From NCBI GenBank assembly GCA_025963485.1, contig JAOQAO010000194.1, forward strand, positions 27,890-91,889: 64,000 nt of DNA, read 5' to 3'. Both the position numbers and the translations under genes were made by a program. Below are positions 28,981 through 38,654 of this stretch, piece after piece. Position 1 is the stretch's first letter, and each line of letters starts with the position of its first letter. Under the pieces are notes generated by a model. It had not been told where the DNA came from. It was given only the letters and a program-made list of their open reading frames with translations, and ran no database searches. This DNA comes from Bacteroidota bacterium (GTDB lineage Bacteria; Bacteroidota; Bacteroidia; Chitinophagales; LD1).

Positions 28981-29190
28981 ATGAAAGGTTTTATCCGTCT
29001 CACCAATGTCTACCAGAATGCACCTGTCCTGGTCAATGTCAATAATATCTGTTACTTCTACCGGCAGGATGTCGGCACCAAGCATACGGTGATCAGTACG
29101 ACCAGTTCGCAGCATTGTCTCGCCGTGCAGGAGGATTTTGATCAGGTAGTCGAGATGATAGAGAAAGCGCAGGCAGAGAAGCAGTCGTAG
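28981..29190 (+). CDS. Hypothetical small protein
   Basis: 69-aa ORF with ordinary composition in an otherwise empty interval. No motif recognised. Confidence 0.3.
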   Translation: MKGFIRLTNVYQNAPVLVNVNNICYFYRQDVGTKHTVISTTSSQHCLAVQEDFDQVVEMIEKAQAEKQS

Positions 29191-29323
29191 CCGGTTGTCT
29201 ATTCATTTCTCTGTACGCTCTCTTGTATTTCTATTATCCTCTGCGGCCTCTGTGACACTTGTATTCATTTCGCTGATTGCAGGATTAATATTTACTTTAG
29301 TCCATGTATAAATCGCAGAAGGA

Positions 29324-30607
29324 GTGAAAGAGCCTCTACCATTTTTTAGCAGGAAGGTGATCGATACGACTATCCGGCTGAGGCTATCTCTTCGCATGCT
29401 GATAGGCTTATTGCTCTGCGCATATGTCGGCGGTGAGTGGTATTGGGGTTGGCATCTCGGCCTGCCATATATCAAGTGGCATACGCACCTGATGCCATAT
29501 GTCATTATTGCATTCACCGGTTCGGTCATGTATGACGCATGGCGTACGCATCATTCATCGCGCTTCGCGCAAAACCTCTTCCTGGCATTTATCGCCGTTG
29601 TTATTTCGCTCTTCTCGGCAGAGGCGGTGCTGATGATCACCGGCACTACCAAGACTCAGAGCGAGCGCGCCTATGGCTATTATATCAGTCCCTACTCCAC
29701 GGCAGAGAATAGTTACTACCATGTGTGGCCCCCACGCCATATACACCGTGTGGCCAAGGTAGAATATGCTTACTGGCGCTCTAGCAACTCCCTTGGCTTC
29801 TCTGACAGGGAGTGGCCGGTATCCAAAAAAGCGGGAGAGAAGCGGATACTCGCACTCGGCGATTCCTTTACGGAGGGCGATGGGGCGCCCGGCGACTCCG
29901 GCTATGTCGCGCAGATGAGGCAGATGCTCATGGCATCGGCGGATTCCATTACGGTAATGAACGTCGGCTCCTGCGGCAGTGATCCTTTTCACAATTATGT
30001 CAATGTCCGTGACCGTCTGCTTACTTTCAAGCCGGACATTATCATCCAATCACTCGGCTCCAACGATATGGACCCTGACCTTCTCCTCAGGGGCGGCATG
30101 GAACGTTTCAAAAAGGATGGTTCGCAAAAATATAAGCCCGCTCCCCGGTGGGAACCGCTCTATGAGGTCAGTTATATCGGCCGGTTGTTTTTCCGCGCAG
30201 CGGGATACAATGAGCTGCTGCGCGATCACGGCATCACTCCTGCAGAGCGGGAGAAGATGGACCATGACATGGAGGTACTATTTGATCAATATGCTACACT
30301 GTGCAAGGCGAACGGGATACAACTCTGCGTCGCGCTACATCCGGAGATCAATGAACTGAAGGAAGGTAAATATAACTATGATCTCTCTCCGCTGCTACAG
30401 CATCTCGCTGCGGACAGCACCATACGTATCATCGATCTGCTGCCATCCTATCGCTCATATATCGGTCAGCAGCATGGCCAACCGGCAGACTACTACTGGC
30501 GCCTGGATGAGCATCATAATGTGCGCGGCTATAAAATGATGGCAATCACCACGATGCGCGGCATCATGCCATTGGTCGCAGATACTGCGAACCTTGCCGG
30601 CAAATAA
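29324..30607 (+). CDS. Membrane-anchored SGNH/GDSL-family hydrolase
   Basis: N-terminal TM helices, then block I ILALGDSFTEGDG and later GSND / DxxH-like elements. The start is uncertain (GTG at 29324 or ATG at 29396). Confidence 0.65.
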   Translation: MKEPLPFFSRKVIDTTIRLRLSLRMLIGLLLCAYVGGEWYWGWHLGLPYIKWHTHLMPYVIIAFTGSVMYDAWRTHHSSRFAQNLFLAFIAVVISLFSAEAVLMITGTTKTQSERAYGYYISPYSTAENSYYHVWPPRHIHRVAKVEYAYWRSSNSLGFSDREWPVSKKAGEKRILALGDSFTEGDGAPGDSGYVAQMRQMLMASADSITVMNVGSCGSDPFHNYVNVRDRLLTFKPDIIIQSLGSNDMDPDLLLRGGMERFKKDGSQKYKPAPRWEPLYEVSYIGRLFFRAAGYNELLRDHGITPAEREKMDHDMEVLFDQYATLCKANGIQLCVALHPEINELKEGKYNYDLSPLLQHLAADSTIRIIDLLPSYRSYIGQQHGQPADYYWRLDEHHNVRGYKMMAITTMRGIMPLVADTANLAGK

Positions 30608-30632
30608 GTTTCACGATTTATATCATTCTCGC

Positions 30633-30654
30633 CACTGACAAAAGTCAGTGTTTT
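30633..30654 (+). terminator. Rho-independent terminator after the SGNH hydrolase gene
   Basis: CACTGAC-AAAA-GTCAGTG followed by TTTTCTGTTT. Confidence 0.6.
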
Positions 30655-30694
30655 CTGTTTGCCCCCTGCGTTCCTTTGTCGTAAAATAAATTAT

Positions 30695-31261
30695 ATGAAA
30701 CTACTCATCGTATACGGCACCACGGAGGGACAGACCAGGAAGATAGCTGAGTTTCTCAAGAGCGAGGCGCAGAAAACAGGTACGGAAGCAACGCTCTGTG
30801 ATGCTACCACAGAGCAGGCCGATCCGGATCACTATGACGCTGTGATCCTGGCATCCTCTATACACATGGGCAGGTACCAGGCATCCATATCACACTATAT
30901 CAGGAACTATGTAGATGTGCTGAATAATAAGCCGTCAGCATTTCTGTCAATAAGCCTGACAGCCGCAGGCAACGACCCCGACTCATGGATGGAGCTGATG
31001 GATATTACCAATAAATTTCTCTCGTGGTCAGGATGGAAACCATCGATGGTGGAGCAGGTGGCCGGAGCCCTGCGTTTTGTACGCTATGATTTTTTCAAGG
31101 CATTTATCATGCGGCAAATAGCAAAGAAGGCAGGAGAGCATGTGAGCGGGAAGGAAGACAAAGAGTATACTGATTGGACCAAACTCAGTGTGTTTATCAC
31201 AGACTTTCTGAAGCATGCAGGTGTCACCTCATCGAGGCTCTCTGACGAAATATTAGGATAA
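30695..31261 (+). CDS. Flavodoxin-domain protein (HemG-like long flavodoxin)
   Basis: From the ATG at 30695 the sequence MKLLIVYGTTEGQTRKIAEFL is the flavodoxin FMN phosphate-binding loop pattern. 188 aa. Confidence 0.7.
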   Translation: MKLLIVYGTTEGQTRKIAEFLKSEAQKTGTEATLCDATTEQADPDHYDAVILASSIHMGRYQASISHYIRNYVDVLNNKPSAFLSISLTAAGNDPDSWMELMDITNKFLSWSGWKPSMVEQVAGALRFVRYDFFKAFIMRQIAKKAGEHVSGKEDKEYTDWTKLSVFITDFLKHAGVTSSRLSDEILG

Positions 31262-31499
31262 GGAAGAATGAGGCATATATACATTTATTCGGGGGTGAAG
31301 CCTGTAGATACTGGCAGGTATAAGGTGCCGGACTTCGTTCATGGCCGATTGATAGGCGGCTCATACATCATCATCGGCAAATGGCGCAAGCGGATACAGC
31401 TGCGCATCATACGCGATAAACCGGTGAACTACGTAACACAGAAAATGGCAGGGCGGGACAAAATGATGACGCTCATGGTCGGGTCATGATCCCATATCG

Positions 31500-31997
31500 T
31501 TATTGTTTGGAGAAGATCAGCTTGCCGCCTTTGGCTGCGGAAAAATTGACCAAAGCCATCGTGTGGGCATCAGGCATCTGGATCTCTACTATTTCTTTTT
31601 TGTCTTCTGCCATATCCATGGTCAGTTTGCCGTCAGCTACGCTGTAGTGCATTGTTTCTGTTTCTGTTTTCTTTTTGCCATCCATGGTGATACCTATTGT
31701 AGCGTGCAGGGAGTCATTAGCCTTAAATTCAAACCTGACATCACCCACCATACCGTAGATCATCTTGCCCATTTCTTTCATCAGGGTGCTGTCTTCGTGG
31801 CTCATTTTCTTCTTGTCTGCAGACAGAAAGAATTGCGTGATACTCGCTTCGCTGGAGATGGAGAAGGTTTTGCCGTCAGCCTCCATAGCAGTCGCTCTCC
31901 ATTTTCCGATGATCTTGCTCTTCGTCACTGCCTGTGCTGAGGCTGCGGATGCGGATGCGATGAGCAAGAAGATAAGAATGGCTAGTATATTTTTCAC
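31500..31997 (-). CDS. Secreted hypothetical protein (lipocalin-like pattern), paralog of 32047..32541
   Basis: 165 aa with a signal peptide. It begins GKWRATAMEADGK and ends LIFSKQ, and aligns along its whole length with the neighbouring gene. Confidence 0.55.
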   Translation of the reverse strand: MKNILAILIFLLIASASAASAQAVTKSKIIGKWRATAMEADGKTFSISSEASITQFFLSADKKKMSHEDSTLMKEMGKMIYGMVGDVRFEFKANDSLHATIGITMDGKKKTETETMHYSVADGKLTMDMAEDKKEIVEIQMPDAHTMALVNFSAAKGGKLIFSKQ

Positions 31998-32046
31998 TTG
32001 TTTTATTTAGTACAAAGATAGTGTAATATAAGGGTGGTGAATAAGG

Positions 32047-32541
32047 CTATTGCTTTTTAAATACCAGGCTATTGCCGCCAGCCGGGCCGAAGTTGACAAA
32101 GATCAATGTACGTGGATCGGGCATTGAGAGGGCGATCTTGTCCGGTTTGGCGCTGTCTGCATTCATGAGCAGGTTATTTCCCGCCAGCCCATACACTACG
32201 TCGTCCTCTTCATTTTCCATTTCACCTTTGCCATTTACATTCGGAGTGGATACATGGACGATACTATCATTTCTGAAATCAAACATGATCCCATTATAGA
32301 GTTCATAGAGGAGCCGGGCGCTTTTTTTCATCTGCGCGCTATCACCCTTTGCGGCGGTCTGCGGAGAGAGCGTGCGCAGGATACTTCTTAGCATCGGTTC
32401 GTCTGCTATGGAATACCGCCTGCCGTTTGATTCTATGGCTATAGGTTTCCATTTGCCCTTGAGTTTAGCTTTGGTCACGGTCTGTGCCATCGAGCTGCCG
32501 ATAAAAAGAAGCATAACAAATAAAAAGAAAGATGCTTTCAT
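32047..32541 (-). CDS. Secreted hypothetical protein (lipocalin-like pattern), paralog of 31500..31997
   Basis: 164 aa with a signal peptide. It begins GKWKPIAIESNGR and ends LVFKKQ. Confidence 0.55.
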   Translation of the reverse strand: MKASFFLFVMLLFIGSSMAQTVTKAKLKGKWKPIAIESNGRRYSIADEPMLRSILRTLSPQTAAKGDSAQMKKSARLLYELYNGIMFDFRNDSIVHVSTPNVNGKGEMENEEDDVVYGLAGNNLLMNADSAKPDKIALSMPDPRTLIFVNFGPAGGNSLVFKKQ

Positions 32542-32839
32542 GAGCGTATTTATGTAAGGATCAAATATAACAAAATGCCTGCGGAAGCCCGGCCCTGCAA
32601 TGGCTATCGCGGTCTTATCCAGGTATATCTATTGGGCGATTCGATATCGCGGGGTCATCAGTGATAAAAGTGATGAAGGAATAGGCTTTCATCATCACTG
32701 TTCTTGTACAACATTGCTAGTGTTATTGTCCCTCCAAATACGTGAATGATGTAACTATTAGGTGTAATAGTGTAACACTTTGGATTTTAATAGATTGTAC
32801 CTTTCCATCGGGAAAATTATTTCCTGTTTAAACTATACC

Positions 32840-35011
32840 ATGTTTCATATAAATAGACTTATTACTTTTCTTTTTGCCTTTTTAGCTTTCATCATTTCCG
32901 GGTTCTCGCAGGCACCTTCATTAGGCACTGCCGCTTCATTTGTATTATTTTCTACCAATGGAGCAGTGTCCAATGTCGGCATCACGCATCTCACCGGCAA
33001 TGTAGGCACCAATAATGGATCCAACACAGGTTTTGGTAATGTGAATGGTGTCATGCACAGTGCTGACGGTGCCACGGCTCAGTGCGCAGCAGACCTGCTC
33101 ACTGCCTATCATCAGCTGAATACAGCCACTGCCACGCACTTTCCCGCTCCGCTGCTGGGCAATGGGCAGACCCTGCCCGCGGGTGTGTACTCTATAGGCA
33201 GTGCTGCGACGCTGAATGGCAACCTGCTGCTGGATGCACAGAATAATGCCAGTGCAGTTTTTATCATCAAGATACAAGGTTCCTTCTCTACAGGCGCCGG
33301 GGCTAAAGTGAAACTCGTCAATGGTGCTCGCGCCTGCAATGTATACTGGAAGGTAGAAGGCCTCGTGGATATGGCCACGGGCACAAACATGAAAGGCACC
33401 CTCATCGTAAACAATGCCGCGATCAGTATGCATACCGGTGATACGCTGGAAGGCAGGGCGCTCACTACGACAGGTGCTGTGACTGTCGACGGCATTCTCG
33501 GATATACACCGATAGGCTGCGGTAGCCCTATACTGACCGGGCCATCCGCACCGGCACTCGCCTCATCAGAATGCTACGCTATATTTTCTGCCAATGGTGC
33601 TGTGACCAACTCCGGCATCACTCATGTCACCGGCGATGTAGGTACCAATGTCGGCCTGACCACAGGCTATGATACACTACTCGTCAATGGCAAGGTGCAT
33701 CCGATACCTGATGCATCTACCGCACAGTGCGCAGCAGACCTGCATACGGTCTATACCTATCTCAATACTATGCCCTACGATATCCAGCTACTATATCCTG
33801 CGCAGTTTGGCGGTGAGCTGGTACTGACACCACATACTTACCTGCTCAATGCTGCCACCGTGCTGACCGGCACGGTGTACCTCGATGCTCAGGGCAATGC
33901 CGGTGCAGTATTTGTGATCAAGATCAATGGTGCAATGTCTACGGGTACATATGCGCATGTGGTACTGATGAATAGTGCACAAGCGAAGAATGTTTTCTGG
34001 AAGATAGAAGGCGCTGTAAGCATAAACAACTATTCTACTTTCTGCGGCACGATCGTCTGCAACAATGGCGCCCTGAATGCACTTAATACAGGTGTGTCTA
34101 TAGATGGGAGGGCATTTACTACCGGTGGCCAGGTGACGACCAGTGCCATCACGGATATCATGCCTCCCGGCTGCACGTCCGGTGCGCCGAGTATCGGTAC
34201 GCAACCTAATAGCCAGTCGGCCTGCCTGGGCAGCGCGGCGAGTTTCTCCGCTGTGGCGCATGGCTCCGGCCTCACCTATCAGTGGAGGCGGGGAAATGTA
34301 AATATCACCAATGGCTCACATATCTCAGGAGCCACTGCCGCGATACTGACCATCGATCCTGTGGCGGCATCTGATGCAGCTTCCGATTATAATGTGATCG
34401 TAAGCGGTTCTTCCGGTCCCAAAGATACCTCCGCATACGTTTCTCTGATAGTACGAACTGCACCCGCTATCACCACTCCTCCTGCGAGCCAGATGGTATG
34501 TACAGGCGGTGCAGCGACTTTCTCAGTGAGCGCATCAGGCACGCAGCCTACCTATCAGTGGAGAAAAGGAAATGTAAACCTCGTCAATGCAGTAAATGTA
34601 TCCGGGGCTAATACACCTACACTGATCATAGACCCGGCGACAGCGCTGGATGCAGCGACTGACTATAATGTGGTAGTCACAGGCACATGTGCACCCGCCG
34701 CCACATCGGGCAATGCGGCACTCACTATATGTCCTACAGGTATCGCCACGATGGCCGGGAACGATCAAGCGGTGACCATATACCCAAATCCTTTTGGCGC
34801 GGTATTCACGATCAGTCTCAATGATGTATCTGCCATAGGTAAATATGAGATGAAGCTATACAATATACTCGGCGCAGAAGTGATGACCATCAGCATCACA
34901 AAGCAGCTGACCACAGTGGATGCTACTGACCTCGCAGCAGGGATCTATATATACAAGGTCAGCAGTAACAAAAAGGATATTCAGACGGGCAGGCTGGTGA
35001 CGCAGAAATAA
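32840..35011 (+). CDS. T9SS-secreted protein with two tandem ice-binding-like (DUF3494) domains and Ig-like repeats
   Basis: The signal peptide starts at the ATG at 32840. The DUF3494 pattern occurs twice (LGTAASFVLFSTNGAVSNVGITHLTGNVGTN...AVFIIKIQG...NVYWKVEG...GRALTTTGAVTVDG, and again from 33545). Two YQWR(R/K)GNVN repeats follow, then the CTD VTIYPNPFGAVFTISL...GIYIYKV. Confidence 0.85.
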   Translation: MFHINRLITFLFAFLAFIISGFSQAPSLGTAASFVLFSTNGAVSNVGITHLTGNVGTNNGSNTGFGNVNGVMHSADGATAQCAADLLTAYHQLNTATATHFPAPLLGNGQTLPAGVYSIGSAATLNGNLLLDAQNNASAVFIIKIQGSFSTGAGAKVKLVNGARACNVYWKVEGLVDMATGTNMKGTLIVNNAAISMHTGDTLEGRALTTTGAVTVDGILGYTPIGCGSPILTGPSAPALASSECYAIFSANGAVTNSGITHVTGDVGTNVGLTTGYDTLLVNGKVHPIPDASTAQCAADLHTVYTYLNTMPYDIQLLYPAQFGGELVLTPHTYLLNAATVLTGTVYLDAQGNAGAVFVIKINGAMSTGTYAHVVLMNSAQAKNVFWKIEGAVSINNYSTFCGTIVCNNGALNALNTGVSIDGRAFTTGGQVTTSAITDIMPPGCTSGAPSIGTQPNSQSACLGSAASFSAVAHGSGLTYQWRRGNVNITNGSHISGATAAILTIDPVAASDAASDYNVIVSGSSGPKDTSAYVSLIVRTAPAITTPPASQMVCTGGAATFSVSASGTQPTYQWRKGNVNLVNAVNVSGANTPTLIIDPATALDAATDYNVVVTGTCAPAATSGNAALTICPTGIATMAGNDQAVTIYPNPFGAVFTISLNDVSAIGKYEMKLYNILGAEVMTISITKQLTTVDATDLAAGIYIYKVSSNKKDIQTGRLVTQK

Positions 35012-35074
35012 CTGTGGCCTGACTCAAAAACACACACAAGGGAAAGAATACTAAAACTAACTTAACCTGACTAT

Positions 35075-35485
35075 ATGCAGAAGAAAATCATAATGATCAT
35101 AGATGACAATCCTCATGATAATTTCTTTACGAAAAGGGTGATCAAACAGAATGATGCGGACGATATTATCATTACTATGGAGTCGGCGGTATTGGCACTG
35201 GAATATTTAGAGGCAGGTACAGTTCCCAAACCCGATCTTATATTCCTGGACATATATATGCCTGTGATGGATGGTTGGGAGTTTCTCGACCGATACTGCA
35301 AACTGGATGCGGATTTGCGAATTGGATTAATGATCGTCATGCTCGCCACGTCCGGAGATCCTGCCCACGTACAGCGGGCTAAAACCTGGGATTGCATTTC
35401 GGAGTACATCATGAAACCTCTGACAATAGAAAAAATGGAAGGGCTTTCTGATAAATATTTTGTTGCGTCCCGGGAGGTATTATAA
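35075..35485 (+). CDS. Single-domain response regulator (class III, DDNPHDNFF type)
   Basis: 136 aa. Motifs: IIDDNPHDNFF, FLDIYMPVMDGWEFL, MLATSGDP, YIMKPLT. Confidence 0.85.
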   Translation: MQKKIIMIIDDNPHDNFFTKRVIKQNDADDIIITMESAVLALEYLEAGTVPKPDLIFLDIYMPVMDGWEFLDRYCKLDADLRIGLMIVMLATSGDPAHVQRAKTWDCISEYIMKPLTIEKMEGLSDKYFVASREVL

Positions 35486-35601
35486 ATGCCTGTTTCGCGC
35501 TATTGGTGATGATGTGACGCTTTGTGCTACTTGCTTACATAGATACCATCTTTGAGATTATGCATGTCGCGGCCATTCTGCCGTCCTGTCAATACTTGTA
35601 C

Positions 35602-36009
35602 ATGAAGAAGAAACTCATAATGATCATAGATGATAATCCTGATGACAATTTCTTTACGGAGAAAGTGATCCAACAGAATGATCCCGGGGATATTGTCATT
35701 ATCATGGAGGATGCAGCAAAGGCCCTGCAATATTTGCTGACAAAGGCAGACCCAAAGCCTGACCTGATATTCCTGGATATATATATGCCCAGTATGGATG
35801 GTTGGGAGTTTCTCGATGCATATTGCCTGCTTGACACGACCATACGCAGCGGGATAATGATCGTCATGCTGGCCACCTCAGGCGACCCTGCTCACATCGG
35901 GAGAGCGAATAGCTGGGATTGCATATCAGAGTATATCACCAAGCCATTGACGAAGGAAGCAATGAAAAATATTTCCCGTAAATACTTTAATACTCAGGAC
36001 GTGGCCTGA
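35602..36009 (+). CDS. Single-domain response regulator (class III)
   Basis: The ATG at 35602 gives MKKKLIMIIDDNPDDNFF. Also FLDIYMPSMDGWEFL, MLATSGDP and YITKPLT. Confidence 0.85.
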   Translation: MKKKLIMIIDDNPDDNFFTEKVIQQNDPGDIVIIMEDAAKALQYLLTKADPKPDLIFLDIYMPSMDGWEFLDAYCLLDTTIRSGIMIVMLATSGDPAHIGRANSWDCISEYITKPLTKEAMKNISRKYFNTQDVA

Positions 36010-36211
36010 TTGTTGCCTTTACTTTATATATTAGATTTGATGGGTACAACGTATTTGTTGTAATGAATTCGTTGATTTTAAATGATATACGTTTAACAAA
36101 TTAAACTTACGCATATTGCACATGAGGCCCTTCGATCTGAAGGGATGTCCTCGTCACAGGGACCTATTTACCCACCTGATCTTTAGTATAGATTAATTTA
36201 TTGTTGTCATC

Positions 36212-38221
36212 ATGGACAAAAAAAAATCGGACGAGCTATTAATAGCTACCAGGGAGCTGGCTTTTCAATATGAAGAGAAAGCAAAACGCGCGGGTGAATT
36301 GCTCATTGCTAATGAAGAATTTCAAAAGCAGGGGGAGGCGCTGAGGAAATCCCATGAGCTTTTCCTTACACTATTTGAATATAATCATGCGGGCATTTCT
36401 GTCAGCAGGATCAGCGATGGCGTTTTGCTCAATGTGAATGATGCTTTCGTCAGGTTATTTGGTTTTGCTGACAAAGAAGATATCGTAGGCCGGGCCAGCC
36501 GTGATGTGATCCAGCACCTGGATGTCCGTCAGATGGAGCGTGCCTTTCTCGATATGAAGAAAAACGGACCGGGGAAAGAATTTGAAATGAACGTGCGGAC
36601 ACAGGGCGCCGAGCTCTGGGTCTCTATATCCCTCATGGAGGTGGAGATAGAGGATATCCCTTGTTGTTTATCGGCTTTCATAGACATCACCAGGCGCAAA
36701 AAAGTGGAAGACGAGCTAAAAGCAACAAACCAAAAGATGCTCCTCCAAAATGAGGAGAAAGAAAAGCGTACTGCCGAACGGCTCATAGCGATCAGGGAAC
36801 TCAGTTTTCAAAATGCGGAAAAGGAAAAACGGGCCGAGGAGCGTATCATAGCAAGGAGGGAGCTGACCTTTCAAAATGAAGAGAAAGAAAAACGGGCTGC
36901 TGAGCTGGTCATTGCCAATAGGGAACTTATCTTTCAAAACACAGAGAAAGAAAAACGGGCAGCGGAGCTGATCATAGCCAATAGGGAACTTGCTTTTCAA
37001 AACGAGGAAAAGGAGAAACGTGCGGCTGAGCTTATCATTGCCAACAGGGAACTCGTTTTCCAAAGCGAGGAGAAAGGGAAACGTGCAGCCGAGCTGATCA
37101 TAGCCAATAGAGAATTGATCTTTCAGAATGAAGAGAAAGAAAAGCGTGCGGCGGAATTGACCATTGCCAATCGGGAACTTGCCTTCCAAAATGAGGACAA
37201 AGAGAAACGTGCGGCTGAGCTGATCATAGCCAATAGGGAATTGATCTTTCAAAATGAGGAGAAAGAAAAGCGCGCAGATGAGCTGGTGATCGCAAACAGG
37301 GAGCTGGCATTCCAGAATGAAGAGAAAGAAAAACGCGCCGCCGAGCTTATCATTGCAAACCGGGAATTAGCCTTCCAAAGTGAAGAGAAGGGAAAACGCG
37401 CCGCCGAGCTGATCATTGCCAACAGGGAACTGGCATTCCAAAGCGAAGAAAAAGGTAAACGGGCGAATGAACTGATCATCGCCAATAGGGAGCTCAGCTA
37501 CCAAAATGAAGAGAAGGAAAAGCGCGCACATGAGCTGATCATCGCCAATGTAGAGCTGGAGCAATTTGCCTATGTGGCCTCGCATGACCTGCAGGAGCCA
37601 CTGCGTACGGTTTCCAACTATATGAAAGTTTTTGAGGAAGATTACCTGAATATATTTGACGATAATGCGCGCAAATACCTCAAAGCGGTAAATGAATCAG
37701 TAGAAAGGATGAGCCTGCTTATCAAATCATTGTTGGATTTTTCGCGGTTGGGCAGCAACAAGCAAGTGATCTCTGTGGACTGCGGCCATATGGTCTCCAA
37801 TGTGATAGCAGATCTCAATAAGATGATAAAAACATCAGGAGCGGTCATCGAGATAGGAGAATTGCCTATACTGAATGTCTACAAAACGCAGATCCGGCAG
37901 GTGTTCCAGAATCTTATTACCAATGCGATCAAATTTCAGAAGGAGGGGGTCCAGCCCAGGATACAGATACTGGCAGAGCAAGCGGATGGGGCATGGAAAT
38001 TCTCCGTCAGCGACAATGGCATTGGGATATCTTCCGATCATTTCGAAAAAGTCTTTGATATTTTCCAGCGTTTGCGTACTGACCGGACGTATGAGGGAAA
38101 CGGTATCGGACTTGCCAACTGTAAAAAGATAATACAACTGCATCAGGGAGAGATATGGATCGAGTCCGTACTCGGCCATGGGACTACTTTTTATTTCACC
38201 ATATCAAATATGACACCATGA
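36212..38221 (+). CDS. PAS sensor histidine kinase with a long tandem-repeat helical linker
   Basis: 669 aa with one PAS domain and 13 tandem 21-aa repeats. The H-box is FAYVASHDLQEPLR. The N box is QNLITNAIKF, with DNGIGI and GNGIGLAN G boxes. Confidence 0.9.
   Translation: MDKKKSDELLIATRELAFQYEEKAKRAGELLIANEEFQKQGEALRKSHELFLTLFEYNHAGISVSRISDGVLLNVNDAFVRLFGFADKEDIVGRASRDVIQHLDVRQMERAFLDMKKNGPGKEFEMNVRTQGAELWVSISLMEVEIEDIPCCLSAFIDITRRKKVEDELKATNQKMLLQNEEKEKRTAERLIAIRELSFQNAEKEKRAEERIIARRELTFQNEEKEKRAAELVIANRELIFQNTEKEKRAAELIIANRELAFQNEEKEKRAAELIIANRELVFQSEEKGKRAAELIIANRELIFQNEEKEKRAAELTIANRELAFQNEDKEKRAAELIIANRELIFQNEEKEKRADELVIANRELAFQNEEKEKRAAELIIANRELAFQSEEKGKRAAELIIANRELAFQSEEKGKRANELIIANRELSYQNEEKEKRAHELIIANVELEQFAYVASHDLQEPLRTVSNYMKVFEEDYLNIFDDNARKYLKAVNESVERMSLLIKSLLDFSRLGSNKQVISVDCGHMVSNVIADLNKMIKTSGAVIEIGELPILNVYKTQIRQVFQNLITNAIKFQKEGVQPRIQILAEQADGAWKFSVSDNGIGISSDHFEKVFDIFQRLRTDRTYEGNGIGLANCKKIIQLHQGEIWIESVLGHGTTFYFTISNMTP
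36739..37550 (+). repeat. Coding tandem repeat: about 13 units of 63 bp (21 aa, consensus AELIIANRELAFQNEEKEKRA)
   Basis: The string GAGCTGATCATAGCCAATAG recurs near 36965, 37091 and 37217, each 126 bp (2 x 63) apart. In the translation I count 13 consecutive xFQ(N/S)xEKxKR units. One and a half further units lie at the N-terminus (about 36227-36331). Confidence 0.9.
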
Positions 38222-38619
38222 ACAAGAAATTGAAATGCATCCTGCTGATCGATGACAATCCTCATGACAATTTTTTTCATGAGCGGGCGATCAAGGCATA
38301 CGATGAGACGGAGATCGTGGTCACCAAAGACTCAGGAGCGGAGGCGCTGGAATATTTAAAAGCAAAGACAGGCCCGCATTCCGACCTGATCTTTCTGGAT
38401 ATAAATATGCCGGCTATGAATGGCTGGGAATTTCTGCAACAATATAGCCAACTTGACAAAACCGTGCGTGAGCAAACAATAATAATCATGCTCACTACAT
38501 CAGCCAACCCCTCTGATATTGAGAAAGGGCAGAAAAATGCTTTCGTATCAGACTATATCACCAAGCCCCTGACCAAAGAAAAAATGCAACTGATCGCAGA
38601 TAAATATTTCGGGGAATGA
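38218..38619 (+). CDS. Single-domain response regulator (class III)
   Basis: The ATG at 38218 overlaps the kinase stop (ATGA). Sequence MNKKLKCILLIDDNPHDNFF, with FLDINMPAMNGWEFL, MLTTS and YITKPLT. Confidence 0.85.
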   Translation: MNKKLKCILLIDDNPHDNFFHERAIKAYDETEIVVTKDSGAEALEYLKAKTGPHSDLIFLDINMPAMNGWEFLQQYSQLDKTVREQTIIIMLTTSANPSDIEKGQKNAFVSDYITKPLTKEKMQLIADKYFGE

Positions 38620-38654
38620 ATACGGTCCACCGGATCGCAGACTAATAGGATACT

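Noticed and set aside
31268-31489. 73-aa plus-strand ORF after the flavodoxin-like gene
   Set aside because: It has no motif and an Arg/Ile/Gly-rich composition, and it sits in a short gap between convergent genes. The evidence is insufficient to call a gene.
36716-37585. Reading the 63-bp repeat array as a CRISPR array, together with the antisense ORFs 36716..37252, 37249..37485 and 37367..37585
   Set aside because: The repeats are contiguous, with no unique spacers, and lie in frame inside a histidine kinase, encoding a regular 21-aa unit. The antisense ORFs are mirror images of that repeat.
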